This document shows, piece by piece, positions 27,096-39,860 of a stretch of DNA of 64,000 nt. The notes under the pieces were generated by a model. It did no database searches and was not told the origin of the DNA. It saw only the letters and a list, made by a program, of their open reading frames with translations. Numbering within the stretch: the stretch's first letter is position 1; each line of letters begins with the position of its first letter. The stretch lies in assembly GCF_026210795.1 (NCBI RefSeq), contig NC_089430.1, positions 3,596,001 to 3,660,000 of the forward strand, in the 5' to 3' direction. A program made the translations under genes and the position numbers. The stretch is from Rhizophagus irregularis (Eukaryota).

Positions 27096-28519
27096 TACTG
27101 GTTAAAATTGATGCTATTGGGTACATATCGGGTACCTAATATATGTATAATATATGTGATATATGTGTATGATATTTAACAATACTACACATATCGGATA
27201 CCTGATATGTGTAGTATAAATGTAGAAAAACGGTGACACATCCTACAAATATCATATATACATCATATACATATCGGGTAGTCAAATATCAGTGACATAT
27301 CTTATAAATATCATACATTTAATACACATATATCGGGTAGTAAAATATCAGTGATATATATTATAGATATCATACATTTAACACACATATATCGGGTAGT
27401 AAAATATTGGTAATATATATATAGATATTGTATATTTATATCATGTCAGATAGTAGCTATATACTATATTTTTATTGTATACGTTTTACAATTTCATATT
27501 AAAACTAATAGCTTTTTTTTTTAAAATTCAGACTAAATAAAATTTAATTTTATTAAAATTTATAAATTTTATTCACATAAAAGCAATAATACAAATCTTA
27601 CTCTATCTGCTATGTAAAAATCAAATAAAGTTGAATGTAATTATACTATGTAATATGAAAAGTTCTACTGAAAGTAGCAATGATAATAAAATTACCTCTT
27701 TGCTTGCTTTTGTTATATCTGTTTATTATTTAAAAGAAATATTAGCGAAAATATTAGTAAGTGTATTAATTAATAAGAGAAAAAAGGAAATGTTAATAAA
27801 AACGTTAGTGGTAAATATAGAAAATATTAGTAAAATGTTAGTAGGAAAAAAGAAAAGTTAGTAAAATAGAAAATATTAATAGGAAAACATTAATAAAAAT
27901 GTTAGTAGTATTTAATATTAATAGAAAATGTTAGTAATAGAAAACATTAGTAGGAGAAAAGAAAAAAATATTAGAACATCAATAGAAAATATATATATAA
28001 AAAGAAAAAAACAAGTATAATGAAAATATACCTCTATGTTTATTTCTAAATATAAAAATAAAAAAAAAAAATATTAATAATATTATTTCATAATAATTAA
28101 GTAAAGAGTTTGTTTAGTTTGTTTTAAATAATAAAAAGTTTAAGAGAAAGGTTTTTACGATGGAAAGAAAAAAAAATAAACAAAGTGCGAAATATAAACA
28201 CTTAAATCATGTGAACAATCGCCTGATTACAATAACAAATTCTGATTGGGCTATAGATTTTATGTCAATCTGGATTATTATAATTAATAAAAATGCATTT
28301 AACGTTCATGCAAATTTTGTACTACTCACTATGCTATTTATAACTAGAATTACACTGCAAATTAAACTCTTTATCGCTTTAAATAATACAAAACCCTACT
28401 TATATACCATTACACCCATCCACTAACCATTTAATCTAGGTTTTTTATTAATTTAAAACCCATAATAATGCATAAGATATAATCCTTTATAATTCAGTTA
28501 ACAATTAATAATTTTATGA

Positions 28520-29099
28520 TGGAAAAGAAATGAATATGTGAAAAGGGATGAAGTGAATGAAAGTGAATTAAAAGGACAATGTAAAAAATGAAATTGGAGT
28601 GAAAAGATAATGAAAATGAAATAGAAGTGAAGAGATGATGAAAAATGAAATAGGAAATGACGAAAAACAAAATGGAAGTGAAATGGAATGATGTAAAACA
28701 AAATGGAATGATGGAAAATAAAATCGAATGATGGAAAATAAAATGGAATGATGGAAAATAAAATGGAATTGAAGGAGATAATGAAAAAATAAAATGGAAG
28801 TGAAATGGGATGATGAAAACAAAATGGAAAAGAAATGAAATGATGTAAAACAAAATGAAACAATATAAAGCGAATTGAGATGTTAAAAAATAAAGTAGAA
28901 TGTTGCAAAATGATATGAAGGGATGAAAAACGATATGGAGCAATATGGAGTGATAAAAAACAATATGGAGCGATATGGAGTGATGAAAAATGATATGGAG
29001 CGATATGGAGTGATGAAAAATGATGTGGAGCGATATGGAGTGATGAAAAACAATATGGAGTAATATAGAGTAATGAAAAATGATGTGGAACAATATGAA
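28520..29099. repeat. Minisatellite (20-bp AAATGGAATGATGGAAAATA and 30-bp GATATGGAGCGATATGGAGTGATGAAAAAT units), left part
   Basis: Direct tandem repeats that resume at 34531. Confidence 0.85.
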
Positions 29100-29606
29100 T
29101 AAGGTTGCTTGCCGAAACCTGTTTGGCCTAATGCCGAAAGGTAAAACCTCTTATATAGTGCTGAAATGTTGAAATGCCAAAACTGCAAAACCTGTCAAAA
29201 TTGTGAAACTGCCGAAACATACCAAAACTTCAATAATAGGTTTTTCCGTAGTTTCGGCATAGTTGATCATAAGATTTGCATATAGTTACGCCAAGTTACA
29301 CCAATTAATAATATAATTTAGATAATCAAATAATCTACAGATAAAAGATTAAACTTCAATATTTTACCATCGTCTTAGTTCTTTTAAGCTTTATCTAGTG
29401 TTAGAATTTTCATTTCTAACTCCTATATTAATATTATGATATTACACGTTTTTGCAGTTTTTTTTAAGAGGCTTATATTCATTAAAGGAAAATGCGTAAC
29501 ATGCATTTAATAAACCCAATTCTGTCATCTTCTTTAACACTGAACTAAAGTTTCTTTTACTTTCTTCCGTTTTCTTAATAATAATATTAATAATAAACTG
29601 TTTCAA

Positions 29607-31905
29607 ATGACTGATCACATAGAAGATTCACCCATTAAAAAGAAAAATAGAGGAAGTCGGCCACCTAATAGCATTTGGAAAGATATTAATAAAGGAGAAG
29701 CTGTTGGTTCTGACAAATTTGCCGCCTCCTGCAAGTACTGTAAGAATACATGGGCACGCGGTGAAGTTTCAAAGCTCGAAGAGCATCTTTCAAACTATTG
29801 TCCAGATGCGCCAGCAGCAGTTGTTAGAAGGTATATAACTAAAGTAATGGAACAGCAAGATAAGTCCAAGTCATCCAAAAAAAGAAAATACTCTGAAGGT
29901 CAAAGTAACATGGATGATTATCATGATTCAACAGAGCTTAACGAACAAAGATGTACACGAATTAATCGTGCATTAGTTAAATTTTTTATTGCGTGCGGAA
30001 TTGCGTTTAAAGTAGTGGAACATCCCTTTTTCATCAATTTTATAAAATAGCTTAATGCCGGGTATAATATATCAATAAGGGAAGTATTAGTAAATCAACT
30101 ACTTGAACGTGAATTAGCTCAAGTGAACTTCAAAGTTAATTCTGAGCTTGAAAAGGAAACGAATTTAACGTTAGGTTTGTTAAATTAAATAAGCTATCAT
30201 ACGTGATTTTTATTTAATCTTACTTACTATATAATATTAATTTATAATTTAACCTTTGATGGTTGGACGTCTGGTACACATCGTTCAATTTGGAACTTCA
30301 TTGTAATGACTCTGTCACGTAAAGAATATCTTTATCAACTTTCTGATTTGTCTGAAAATTCGCACACTGCAGAATATTTAGTTACGGTAATTGAAAAGGT
30401 TATAGAAGGTATTGGAGAAGATCGAATATGTGCTGTAATTTCCGATAATACGGCCAATGTTCGTAATGCACGAAAAATTATACATGAGAATCATCCAAAG
30501 ATTGAGAATGTGTGATGCGTTGCACATTCTATCAATTTAATTGCATGCGACATTGTCAAGGAGAAGTTTGGAGAACGTTTATTAAAACGTATTAATATTT
30601 TGACAACCTTTTTTAGAAGTTCTCATCAGGCTAATGCAAAACTTGCTCAAATAATTAAAGAAAAAGGAATTAGTGGAGAAGGATTAAAATTATATTGCAA
30701 GACACGCTGGACTACTGCTAGTGAATCCGTAAATTCAGTAATAAATTTGGAATCAGCACTAGAAGAAATGGTCAGCGATCATGATAAAGTGCTAACAAAT
30801 GATAAAATAAAACTAATTATTCAATCGAGAAATTTTTTTCAAATTTACGAGTTCTTGGATTTGTTTTGGATCCTCTAAGAAAAGCAGTACTTTCATTAGA
30901 ATCGAGAAAAGCTACACTTGCAGATTGTTTCCTGAGCTTGGCAAGACTTACAGCTACATTAAAAAAGTTACCCAAATCATTAAATCCTGCATTCCGAAGT
31001 CATTGTATCAAAGTAATAAATGAAAGATTTGATGAGTTCGATGATGATAAGTATATTACTTGTTTTTTTATAGATCCCAGATTTAGAAACGCGCCACTTA
31101 AAAAATGCGACCTCATGAGAATTATCAAATGTGCAGCTTCAATCGGAAAAAATTTAGGTTTTGACCGTTACGAAGCTGAAACTTTATGTGATCAAATACA
31201 GAAATATATTAATGAACAAGAGCCATTTGACCTAGATATCGGTTTTGCTAAAGATAATCCTGTAAATTGGTGGAAATATATTAATACCGAACCAGAACCA
31301 GATGTCCTGCCAAGAATTGCAAGTTATCTATTTGCAATATGTCCTAACTCAGCAACTTGCGAATGTGGATTTTCGACTTTAGGATGGCTATTTCATAAAC
31401 GTCGCTTAAATCTTAATGTGGATAAACTAGAATCCATGTGCAAATTAATTTTGTATTGGAAATCCAATTCAAAAACTGAACTTGGATTTTATGGAATTGA
31501 TCAAAAAAAGAATACTCGTCTTAGTGATGATGAGATCAATATACGTATTGCAGAAGCTTTTGCAGAAGATGACGATGAGGAATATAATGAGGAGCAAGCT
31601 TCTACTCAGAGATTAACTATAAGTGCGAAACAATACCCAAAGACAATTGCCGTGTAGTAATCGAAAGTCTATGGATTGATCAATTTGTTAATTTATCGCA
31701 TAATTCAGTTACTAGTAAAATCGGCGATATTCCAAGAGATATATTGGATGATTCAGATGAAAATAATGCAGAAGATGATGAAGTTGATGATAGTGGTAAT
31801 AACAAGAGACCTGGAGAAGGTGACTATGATTATGATATAGATGATGTATTAGGTATGGATGACAGTGATAATAATGACGATAATTATGATGATAATGAGA
31901 AATGA
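29607..31905 (+). pseudogene. hAT transposase pseudogene
   Basis: BED finger IWKD..CKYC..HL...C, then FDGWTS, ISDN, CVAH, TRW and PNSATCE.GFS, with an acidic tail. Stops at 30048 and 30513; frameshifts near 30840 and 31625. Confidence 0.9.
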
Positions 31906-33562
31906 TAATAATGAGAATTAATTACAATAGTTAATCCAATGAGAATTAATTCTAATATCATGTGATTTAAATAATGATACTATTTAGGAAATAAATGATG
32001 TAATTATGCAGGGCAAAATATTCGCGATCAAAGTCCAGTTAACATATAATTATGCAGGAATTGTAATTTTATATTATATTTTAAACATTGTAATTTAATT
32101 AAGGAATAAGGATAAGCATATTATATTTTAAAAATAGTGCAATTTAATTAAGGAATAAGGATAAACAATTATATTAGAATCAATAAGTTTTAAGGACTTC
32201 GTTAATTAAATTTATTACATTAGATCAATAAATTTTAAGAACTGCGTTGAGATCCCCCAATTCCCTCTGTCATCAATTTACAGAGTTGCCACATCGAACA
32301 GGTATTCTCATGGTCGAACGAATGAATAATCGAACGAATGAACAATTAAACGAACAAGCAAATAATCAACAGCATAATTAACGAACAACATACAATAACA
32401 ATATATAACAACATTTTTGGTTCACAACATAAATAGCGTTAGTAATATAAAACATCAAACGGTATAAAATAAATTTAACTTCTCTAAATTTTTCCCAAAT
32501 TATATCCACTTTTACCTTTAATTTCAAACTTCGATAGCTCTCGCTACAAATTATTACTTTTCAAAAACATATATTTAATTCATCTTAAAATTTTCATTTT
32601 ATTCAATTAAAATTAATTAAGCAAACATTAATTAAAGTTTAGGGCGAACCTATTACCTTTAATTAATATTAAACTTTACTAACAAATAATTAAATGAAAC
32701 TTATATTTTTATTGAGTTCTGTGGATGAGAACTATGGAATTACTTTGAATTCCGCTCTCTATTTATACAAATTTTATGCTACTTTCTATTCTATCTATAT
32801 ATTATCTTTGAACTATCTTTCTAATATGCTATCTATATTTTAAATACGCTATCTTTTAATATGCTATCTTTTATATATGTTCTTTTTAATATGTTATCTT
32901 TTATGTTCCATCTTTATACTATCTTTTTATATTATCTTTTATATTATTTTATGTTCTTTAATCTTTCTGACATTATTTTATATGTTCTTTCAATTCACTT
33001 TATGTGTTTTGCTTATAATCTATCTTTTGTGGCTTATAATTATTCTTTCTAATCGTTCTTATTGTTAAAGATTGCTAAGCCGCAATTGATCGACTCTAAT
33101 TATTCTATTGGTTCTTTGTCAATCATTCGATAAATATTACATCATGTAGATCATTACTCTTCCTAAATGTTTATCCTTTTTCGGCTAATTATTTATCCAT
33201 CTACGTCAATTCATAATTAATTTGTTCGTTCTTAATATTTGGAAATTACATCTGGTGATTGAATTTTATCATCTTTTCATGCTTGATATTTGACCGTTTA
33301 CAGCGTTACAAAAAAAAATTTAGAACTGCGTTAATTAAATTTATTACATTAGAATCAAAACTGTGTTTATTTTGTTACAAATACTTTAATTATGTAGAAT
33401 GTTATTATGTTCATCAGTTCATGTTTTAAACATTATAAGTTATAACGAATTTTAAAATTAGTATAAATATTATGAAATTTGAAGTATATAGGATTTTTTT
33501 TTCGCAATACAAAACCAAATTGTATTTTAATTTTCGTTACGAAAAAATCATAAAAATAAAAA

Positions 33563-34214
33563 ATGGCAGCATTAGTACCTTTTGTTCCACCGCCACCACC
33601 AGTATTCCAATGGACGATTAACGCTGCTAGGCAACTAATCGCAGAGCGAAGAAACTTGCATCAGCAATTCGAAAGAATTGCAAACCGTCATCATGTAAAT
33701 GCATGGACAATAATAGCAAATAGGGTGTTCGTTGGAACGGGATTTGCAGCGACACCCAGGCAGTGCTATACAAAATGAAATGCCCTCAAACGAGGTTATG
33801 AAAACCTCAGTAGGATAATAAATAATAATGATGATGACATTCCTATTATAAGACCAAATAGTTTCGATAGAGCGTGTTTTGCTGATATGAACGATAAATT
33901 CTGGTTACAAACCGGTAATTATTATTAATTATTATTTTAAATTAATTTTATTTAGGCAATTCATTCAATTCATTAATATTTTTATTGGATTTTAGATCTG
34001 TTTAGACGAGAGTATCGACGGCAGCTATGCTGCGCATGATCGACGTCGATATGAATATAGATTGCAAAGGGAAAGAAGAAGGTCGCGATCTAGGTCATGA
34101 TCAAGAAGTAGATCAAGAAGTAGAGATAGAAGACGAGATAGAAGTAGCGATAGAAGACGGGACAGAAGTAGAGATAGAAGAAGAGGTAGAAGCAGGTCCT
34201 CACATAGAAGATAA
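33563..34214 (+). pseudogene. Myb/SANT(MADF)-like domain plus RS/RD-rich tail, carried inside hAT2
   Basis: WTINAARQLI...WTIIANRV...TPRQCYTK*NALKRGY, an intron at 33915-33995, then RERRRSRSRS*SRSRSRSRDRRRDRS.. Two stops and one frameshift. Confidence 0.7.
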
Positions 34215-34530
34215 AAATATTAAAATTTAATTTTTATTATATTTTTAATCGTATATTTTATTAGTTTAATATTAAATATTATAAAATAAATATTTACATA
34301 CAAAAAATCATATTGTCTTTATTCTTATAAATTGTTTAAATGCCAAAACTCTAATTAAATCATATAGAAAGTATTGCCGAAACGCTGAAACAATTTCGGC
34401 AAGTTACAGCAGTTTCGTGATTTTGATAGGTTTCGCAGTTTCGGCATTTCTTGATGATTTTGCAAAACTAGTTTCGGCAGTTTCGCGTATGTCATTCTGC
34501 CAAAACCTCTAGTTTTGGCAAGCAACCTTA

Positions 34531-34860
34531 AATATGGAATGATGAAAAATGATATGGAGTGATATGGAGTAATGAAAAAGAGTAATGAAAAATGATATGG
34601 AGCGATGTGGAGTGATGAAAATGATATGGAGCAATGTGGAGTGATAAAAAACGATATGGAGCTATGTGGAGTGATGAAAAATGATATGGAGCGATATAGA
34701 GTGATGAAAAATGATATGGAGCAATATGAAGTAATGAAAAATGATATGGAGCGATGTGGAGTGATGAAAATGATATGGAGCGATGTGGAGTGATAAAAAA
34801 TGATATGAAGCCATGTGAAGTGATGAAAAATGATATGGAAGCAAAAGGGACGATGATAAA
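34531..34860. repeat. 30-bp minisatellite, right part
   Basis: Same GATATGGAG..GATGAAAAAT unit as 28920-29099. Confidence 0.85.
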
Positions 34861-35459
34861 TGAAAAGGATAATTAAAAACAAAATAAGAACAAAGGGAAT
34901 CGTGAGAAAAATAAAATGGAGGCGAAGGGAATAATGAAATAATAAAAATAAAAGGAGCGAAAAAAATAATAGAAAATAAATGAAAAAAGAGTGAAATGGA
35001 TATAGAAAATGAAAAGGGAATAAAGTGGATGATAGAAAATAAAAGAAACTGTTAGTATCATTTTCAATAAAGAAAACAATAAAATAGCAAAATACTAGTA
35101 ATAAAAGTGAGTCTTATCTTAAACTCTTTGAAGTTATTTGAAATTGTTGTTTTCTGAAAAACAAGTTAACAAGTTAGCATAAAAGAAAAAAAACATTAAA
35201 CTAGCAAAGTAATAAGAAAATAAAAAAATTTTACCTTAAGAAATTTCAGAAAAAGCTGATCATTTTGGAAATAATACTACAAGAAAGCAAAAAACAAAAT
35301 GTGCTACGTGTTTGTGTAATATGAAATCATCTGGTAAATTTCACTGGGATAAATTTAAAAATTTTGATCAAGGTGAAATTCACCAGAGGTGAATGTAAAA
35401 TTAATCTGTTAGGAAGTTTTGGCAACGCGAAACTGCAACTGAAATCGACACTGCTATAT

Positions 35460-36590
35460 TCGGTTTATCATCATATAAAAAAAAATTCATTTTTTTTTAT
35501 ATTTTTTTATATTTTTTTTTTGTAGGTCGGACTCTTATTTTTTGTAAAATATCGGACCCTTGGAGACCAGGACGAACCGTACCTACACAATAAAGGTAAT
35601 GTGGGAGAAGGGGCTGGGGTTACTATTTTGTAATTAAGAAACATTTTTAATGTTTCTTTCTTTTTTTTGTAAAACTAGGACGCCAGACTCTTGAAAATAA
35701 ACCCGGACTTGGATAATGTAAGGAATAGGGAATGGGAAATTTTTTCTTTAATATTAAAGAAATGTACTAACGTTTCTTTCTTTATTTTTTTTTGTAGGAC
35801 TAGGACGCCAGATTCTTGAAAACGAACCTGAACTTGGATAACGTAAGGAATAGCAGGGAATGGGAAATTTTTTCTTTAATATTAAAGAAACGTACTAACG
35901 TTTCTTTCTTTATTTTTTTTGTAGGACTAGGACGCCAGACTCTTGAAAATGAACCTGGACTTGGATAATGTAAGGAATAGGAAATGGGGAATTTTTTCTT
36001 TAATATTAAAGAAACGTACTAACGTTTTTTTCTTTATTTTTTTTGTAGGATTAGGATGCTGGACTCTTGGAAACAAATTAAACCCGGACTTTGAATGTAA
36101 GGAATAGGAAATGGGAAATTTTTTCTTTAATATTAAAGAAACGTACTAACGTTTTTTTCTTTATTTTTTTTGTAGGATTAGGACACCAGACTCTTGAAAA
36201 CAAATTGAACCTGGACTTTGAATGTAAGAAATGAGGGAAGGGAAGAGGGGTATTTTGTAATTATGAAACGTTTTTAACGCTTCTTTCCTTTTTCTTTTGT
36301 AGGATGCCAGACTCTTACAAATCTGAACTTATGCAGCAAAGGTACTGGGAAAAGGGGAATTCTTTTGATATTAAAGATGGAAATGTACTAATGTTTCTTT
36401 TTTTTGATCTTTGTGGGTTTTAGCTTCCTGGAATGACATTTTGAATGGGCAAACATTTCTTTAAGGGTGGCGTTTGAAATTGACTTTGAGAAACGTTTTA
36501 ATGTTTCTTTTTTTTTTCTATTAAGTTTTAATAGTTGTTTATTGGAATCGAACTAACTGGAACATTGTTCCAAACCATTAACAACAAATT
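35460..36590 (+). repeat. Tandem intron/micro-exon array (putative spliced non-coding or decayed repetitive-peptide transcript)
   Basis: Introns 35718-35797, 35843-35924, 35970-36048 and 36097-36175 each read GTAAG..TACTAAC..(T)nGTAG; intron 36224-36302 has TTTTAAC at the branch point. Exons of 45, 45, 48 and 48 nt. Confidence 0.75.
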
Positions 36591-37405
36591 AATGTAAAAT
36601 AATAAATGTATTCAAAAATAAAATGTATTTAAAATAAATATAAATAATTTCATAAATTGTATACATAAATAACATACTATTGGAATTTTTTTTCATGTAA
36701 AAATTTCAGGTTACTTGATTACCTGAAGTGACCTGAATTAACCTGAATATTTTTGGGTCAGACAGGTTAGGTCAGGTTAGAATAGGTTACCCGATCTGAC
36801 TTGACCCGTTTAGAGTTCTCACTTACTCCAAGGAGTCTGTCAACCTAAAAAAACAAGAGAAAGAAATGTTAGTAACATTTCTTTAATATTAAAATAATCA
36901 CCTTTCCAACTTACATTCTAAAGTTTGAAATAGTCCAAGGAGTCCAGAAACCTAAAAAAAATAGAGAATGAAACGTTAGTAACATTTCTTTAATATTAAA
37001 AATATCACCCTTTCCAACTTACATTCCAAAGCCCGAGTTCATTCAAAGAGTCTGGCAACTTAAAAAAATAGAGGTAAAAATATAGAATTTTTTTTATTAA
37101 AATAGATTGATCGACCGGTATGACGGTTAATTAAATTTAGATTATCAAATTCTAATAGAATATCGATGTCGATATATCAAAATGTATCATACAAATATTA
37201 GTACCTGATATATATTAGAAATATATCGGTGACATATTGGGCAATATATATCTGATTATATAGGTGCCCAAAATACCAGTGTATATCGGTGACATATTGG
37301 GTACCCAATGTGTATCTGATATATGTAAATACCCGATATATATCTGATTAGTCACTGATATATAGGTGCCTGATATATATCCGATAGCATAGATTTTGAC
37401 CAGTA

Positions 37406-38750
37406 AAAAAAAGAAACATTAATATAACGTTTCTTACAAAAAAAAGAATAAAAAAAAAATTGTTTTGCAACATTTAAACTTACTGTTTCATTTTAAAGCA
37501 CTAAGCCAAACACTTGAAACTACAAAAAAAGAGAAAAATATTAATATAACATTTTTCAAAGAAAAAAAAATTTTTTTTAAGTTTCGTAACGTAACTAAAT
37601 GTTGTGAAACTCACCATCATTTCAAATTTCACAAGGCCGAAATACTTGAACCTACAAAAAAAAGAGAGAAACATTAAAATAATATTTCTTACAAAAAAAA
37701 ATAAATAAAAAATAAGTTTTGCATTGTGAAACTTACCATTCGAGATTTACTATTTCAAAGCTTTCCACTTGAACTTACAAAAAAAAGAGAAAAATATCAG
37801 AATAACGTTTTTCAAACTCTCAAAGAAAAAAAATTGTAAGTTTTGCAACATGTTGCAAAACTTACCATTCATTTTATTGAAAAATAAAAAAAGATATTTT
37901 GAAGTATACTTGAAGTATACCTTCAAAATGTCGAGTTTAATTTTGTCTGTCTAAGGAGCCATCCAAAAGAAATTGAATCTAAAAGAAAAAAAATGAAACA
38001 TTAATAAACATTTCATTGAAAAAAAACAAAAAAATATTTCAAAGTATACTCCAAGTATATTTTTAAAATATCAAGTTTCATCCGTCTAAAGAGCCATCCA
38101 AAGAACACAGGTCGAAATGCTAAAAATCAGCAAAAAAAATGGCGTGAAAAGCAGTGGCTATTCTTGGCTATTCTTGGCTATTCTTGACTATTCTTAGCTA
38201 TTTTTAGCTATTTGCGAATTAACCTATACTATTTGTAAATAGTTTATATAAATTTGCGAATAGTTTATGCAATTCTAGCCATTTTTTTTGCCTGTTTTTG
38301 ATCATTCGACGTGTGGAAGTCGAACTTAAAAAAGCAAAAAAAAAATGAAGCGTTAATAAATATTTCGTTAAAAAAAAAACTAAAAAAGAAAGACATTTTG
38401 AAGTATATATACCTTCAAAATGTCTTATTGATTTTTGTCTGTCCAAGAAGTCAAGAAGCCGTCTAAAGAAGCCAAATCTAAAAGAAAAAAAATGAAACAT
38501 TAATAAACGTTTTATTGGTCAAAAAAACAAAAAAATAATTATTTTGAAGTATACTTAAAGTATACCTTTGAAATATTGAGTTTCATCTTCAAGGAGCTAC
38601 CTAGCTGAATCTAAAATGAAGCATTAATAAATGTTTCGCTAGTTAAAAAAATAAAAAAATAAATTATTTCGAAGAAGTATATCTTTGAAATATCGAATTC
38701 TGAACCTATACCTTCAGCGTTTTGGACTTAAAAAATAAAAAAAATATTAG
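37406..38750 (-). repeat. Intron/micro-exon array, 5' part
   Basis: Repeated CTAC(A)nGAAACATTAAT..CTTAC/CTCAC and CT(A)n..GAAACATTAATAAAC..GTATAC units. Confidence 0.55.
38106..38315. mobile_element. CMC-like MITE (CAC...GTG ends, 3-bp TSD)
   Basis: About 38-bp imperfect TIR CACAGGTCGAAATG../..CATTCGACGTGTG. GAA on both flanks. Internal GGCTATTCTT repeats. Confidence 0.75.
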
Positions 38751-38909
38751 TGTTAACTAGAGCCGCAACCCGACCTGACAAATGTATCAAAGACCTGACG
38801 GGACGACCTGAAATATTCAGGTTGGAGACATCAAATTCATGATTCGATGAAGGTATCAAGATGATCGATACCGACCCAACCCGTCGATCTGATATATATT
38901 TGGGCAAAT

Positions 38910-39860
38910 AAATTAAAAAATGCTAAAACTAATAATAATTCCAGCATTTTTACATATAAAATCGAAAAAAATGCCAAAACTATCAGTTTTGGCATTTTTA
39001 TATATAAAATCAAAAAGAAAAATGCTGGAACTAATGATTCTGGCATTTTTACATATACAATTGAAAAAAAATGCCAAAACTATTAAAATCAAAAAGAAAA
39101 ATGCCAGAATTAATTATTCCAGTGCTTTTACATGTAAAATAGTGTTTTGCACGAATCAATTCATGATACGGTGTGATCCTAATTATTCCCGAATAATAAA
39201 AACGTATTTTGTGAATAACTTTTGATCTAACAGTCTGATTTTAACAATCTTTTTTTATTTTGATCAGGGCAATGAGACTTATCGATTTTAAAAAAAATCA
39301 TCGAAATTGGATCACTAGATCCTGAGATAATAACTTTTGAAGGTCAAATCAAGTCTGAATTGAGTCCAAATTGAATCGAATTTTAGAGGAGAAATTTGAT
39401 TTGTACAGAACACTAATGTAAAATCAAAAAAACTGCCAGAACTAATTATTCTGGCACTTTTACATGTAAAATCAAAAAAAATGCTGTAAACTATCAGTTT
39501 CAGCATTTTTACATATAAAATCAAAAAAAAAATGTCAGAACTAATTATTCTAGTTGCTTTTACATGTAAAATCAAAAAAAAATGCCAAAACTAACAGTTT
39601 CAGCATTTTTACATGTAAAATCAAAAAGAAAAATGCCAGAACTAATTATTTCAGCGGTTTTACATATAAAATCAAAAAAAAAATGCTGAAACTAATTATT
39701 CCAGCGTTTTTACATGTAAAATCAAAAAAAAATACTAGAACTATCAGTTTTGGCATTTTTACATGTAAAATCAAAAGGAAAAATGCTAGAACTAATTATT
39801 CTGGCGCTTTTACATGTAAAATAAAAAAAAATGCCAAAACTATCAGTTTCAGACTTCTTT
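38910..39860. repeat. Minisatellite of about 40/80 bp built from palindromes
   Basis: Units contain TTTTACATGTAAAA and the hairpin TGCCAGAACTAATTATTCTGGCA. Confidence 0.85.
39140..39415. mobile_element. hAT-type MITE inserted in the minisatellite
   Basis: TIR TAGTGTTTTGCAC/GTACAGAACACTA. 8-bp TSD ATGTAAAA at 39132-39139 and 39416-39423. Confidence 0.85.

Larger units (their letters stand above)
29100..34530 (+). mobile_element. hAT DNA transposon 2 (5.4 kb) with a transposase and a second gene
   Basis: TIR TAAGGTTGCTTGCC/GGCAAGCAACCTTA. TSD AATATGAA/AATATGGA (7/8 match). Subterminal GCCGAAAC repeats. Confidence 0.9.
27096..37405. mobile_element. Large non-autonomous CMC/EnSpm-like TIR element carrying nested inserts
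   Basis: Left TIR TACTGGTTAAAATTGATGCTATTGG against the reverse complement of the right end, TACTGGTCAAAATCTATGCTATCGG (21/25 match). ATATCGGGTA subterminal repeats at both ends. Inserted in an A tract. Confidence 0.7.

Noticed and set aside
28494..29188. His/Phe/Ile-rich ORFs (also 34355-34882)
   Set aside because: They are translations of the 20/30-bp minisatellite.
35670..36230. CRISPR-like regular repeat-spacer appearance (also 38910-39860)
   Set aside because: The would-be spacers are copies of one another, the context is eukaryotic and there are no cas genes.
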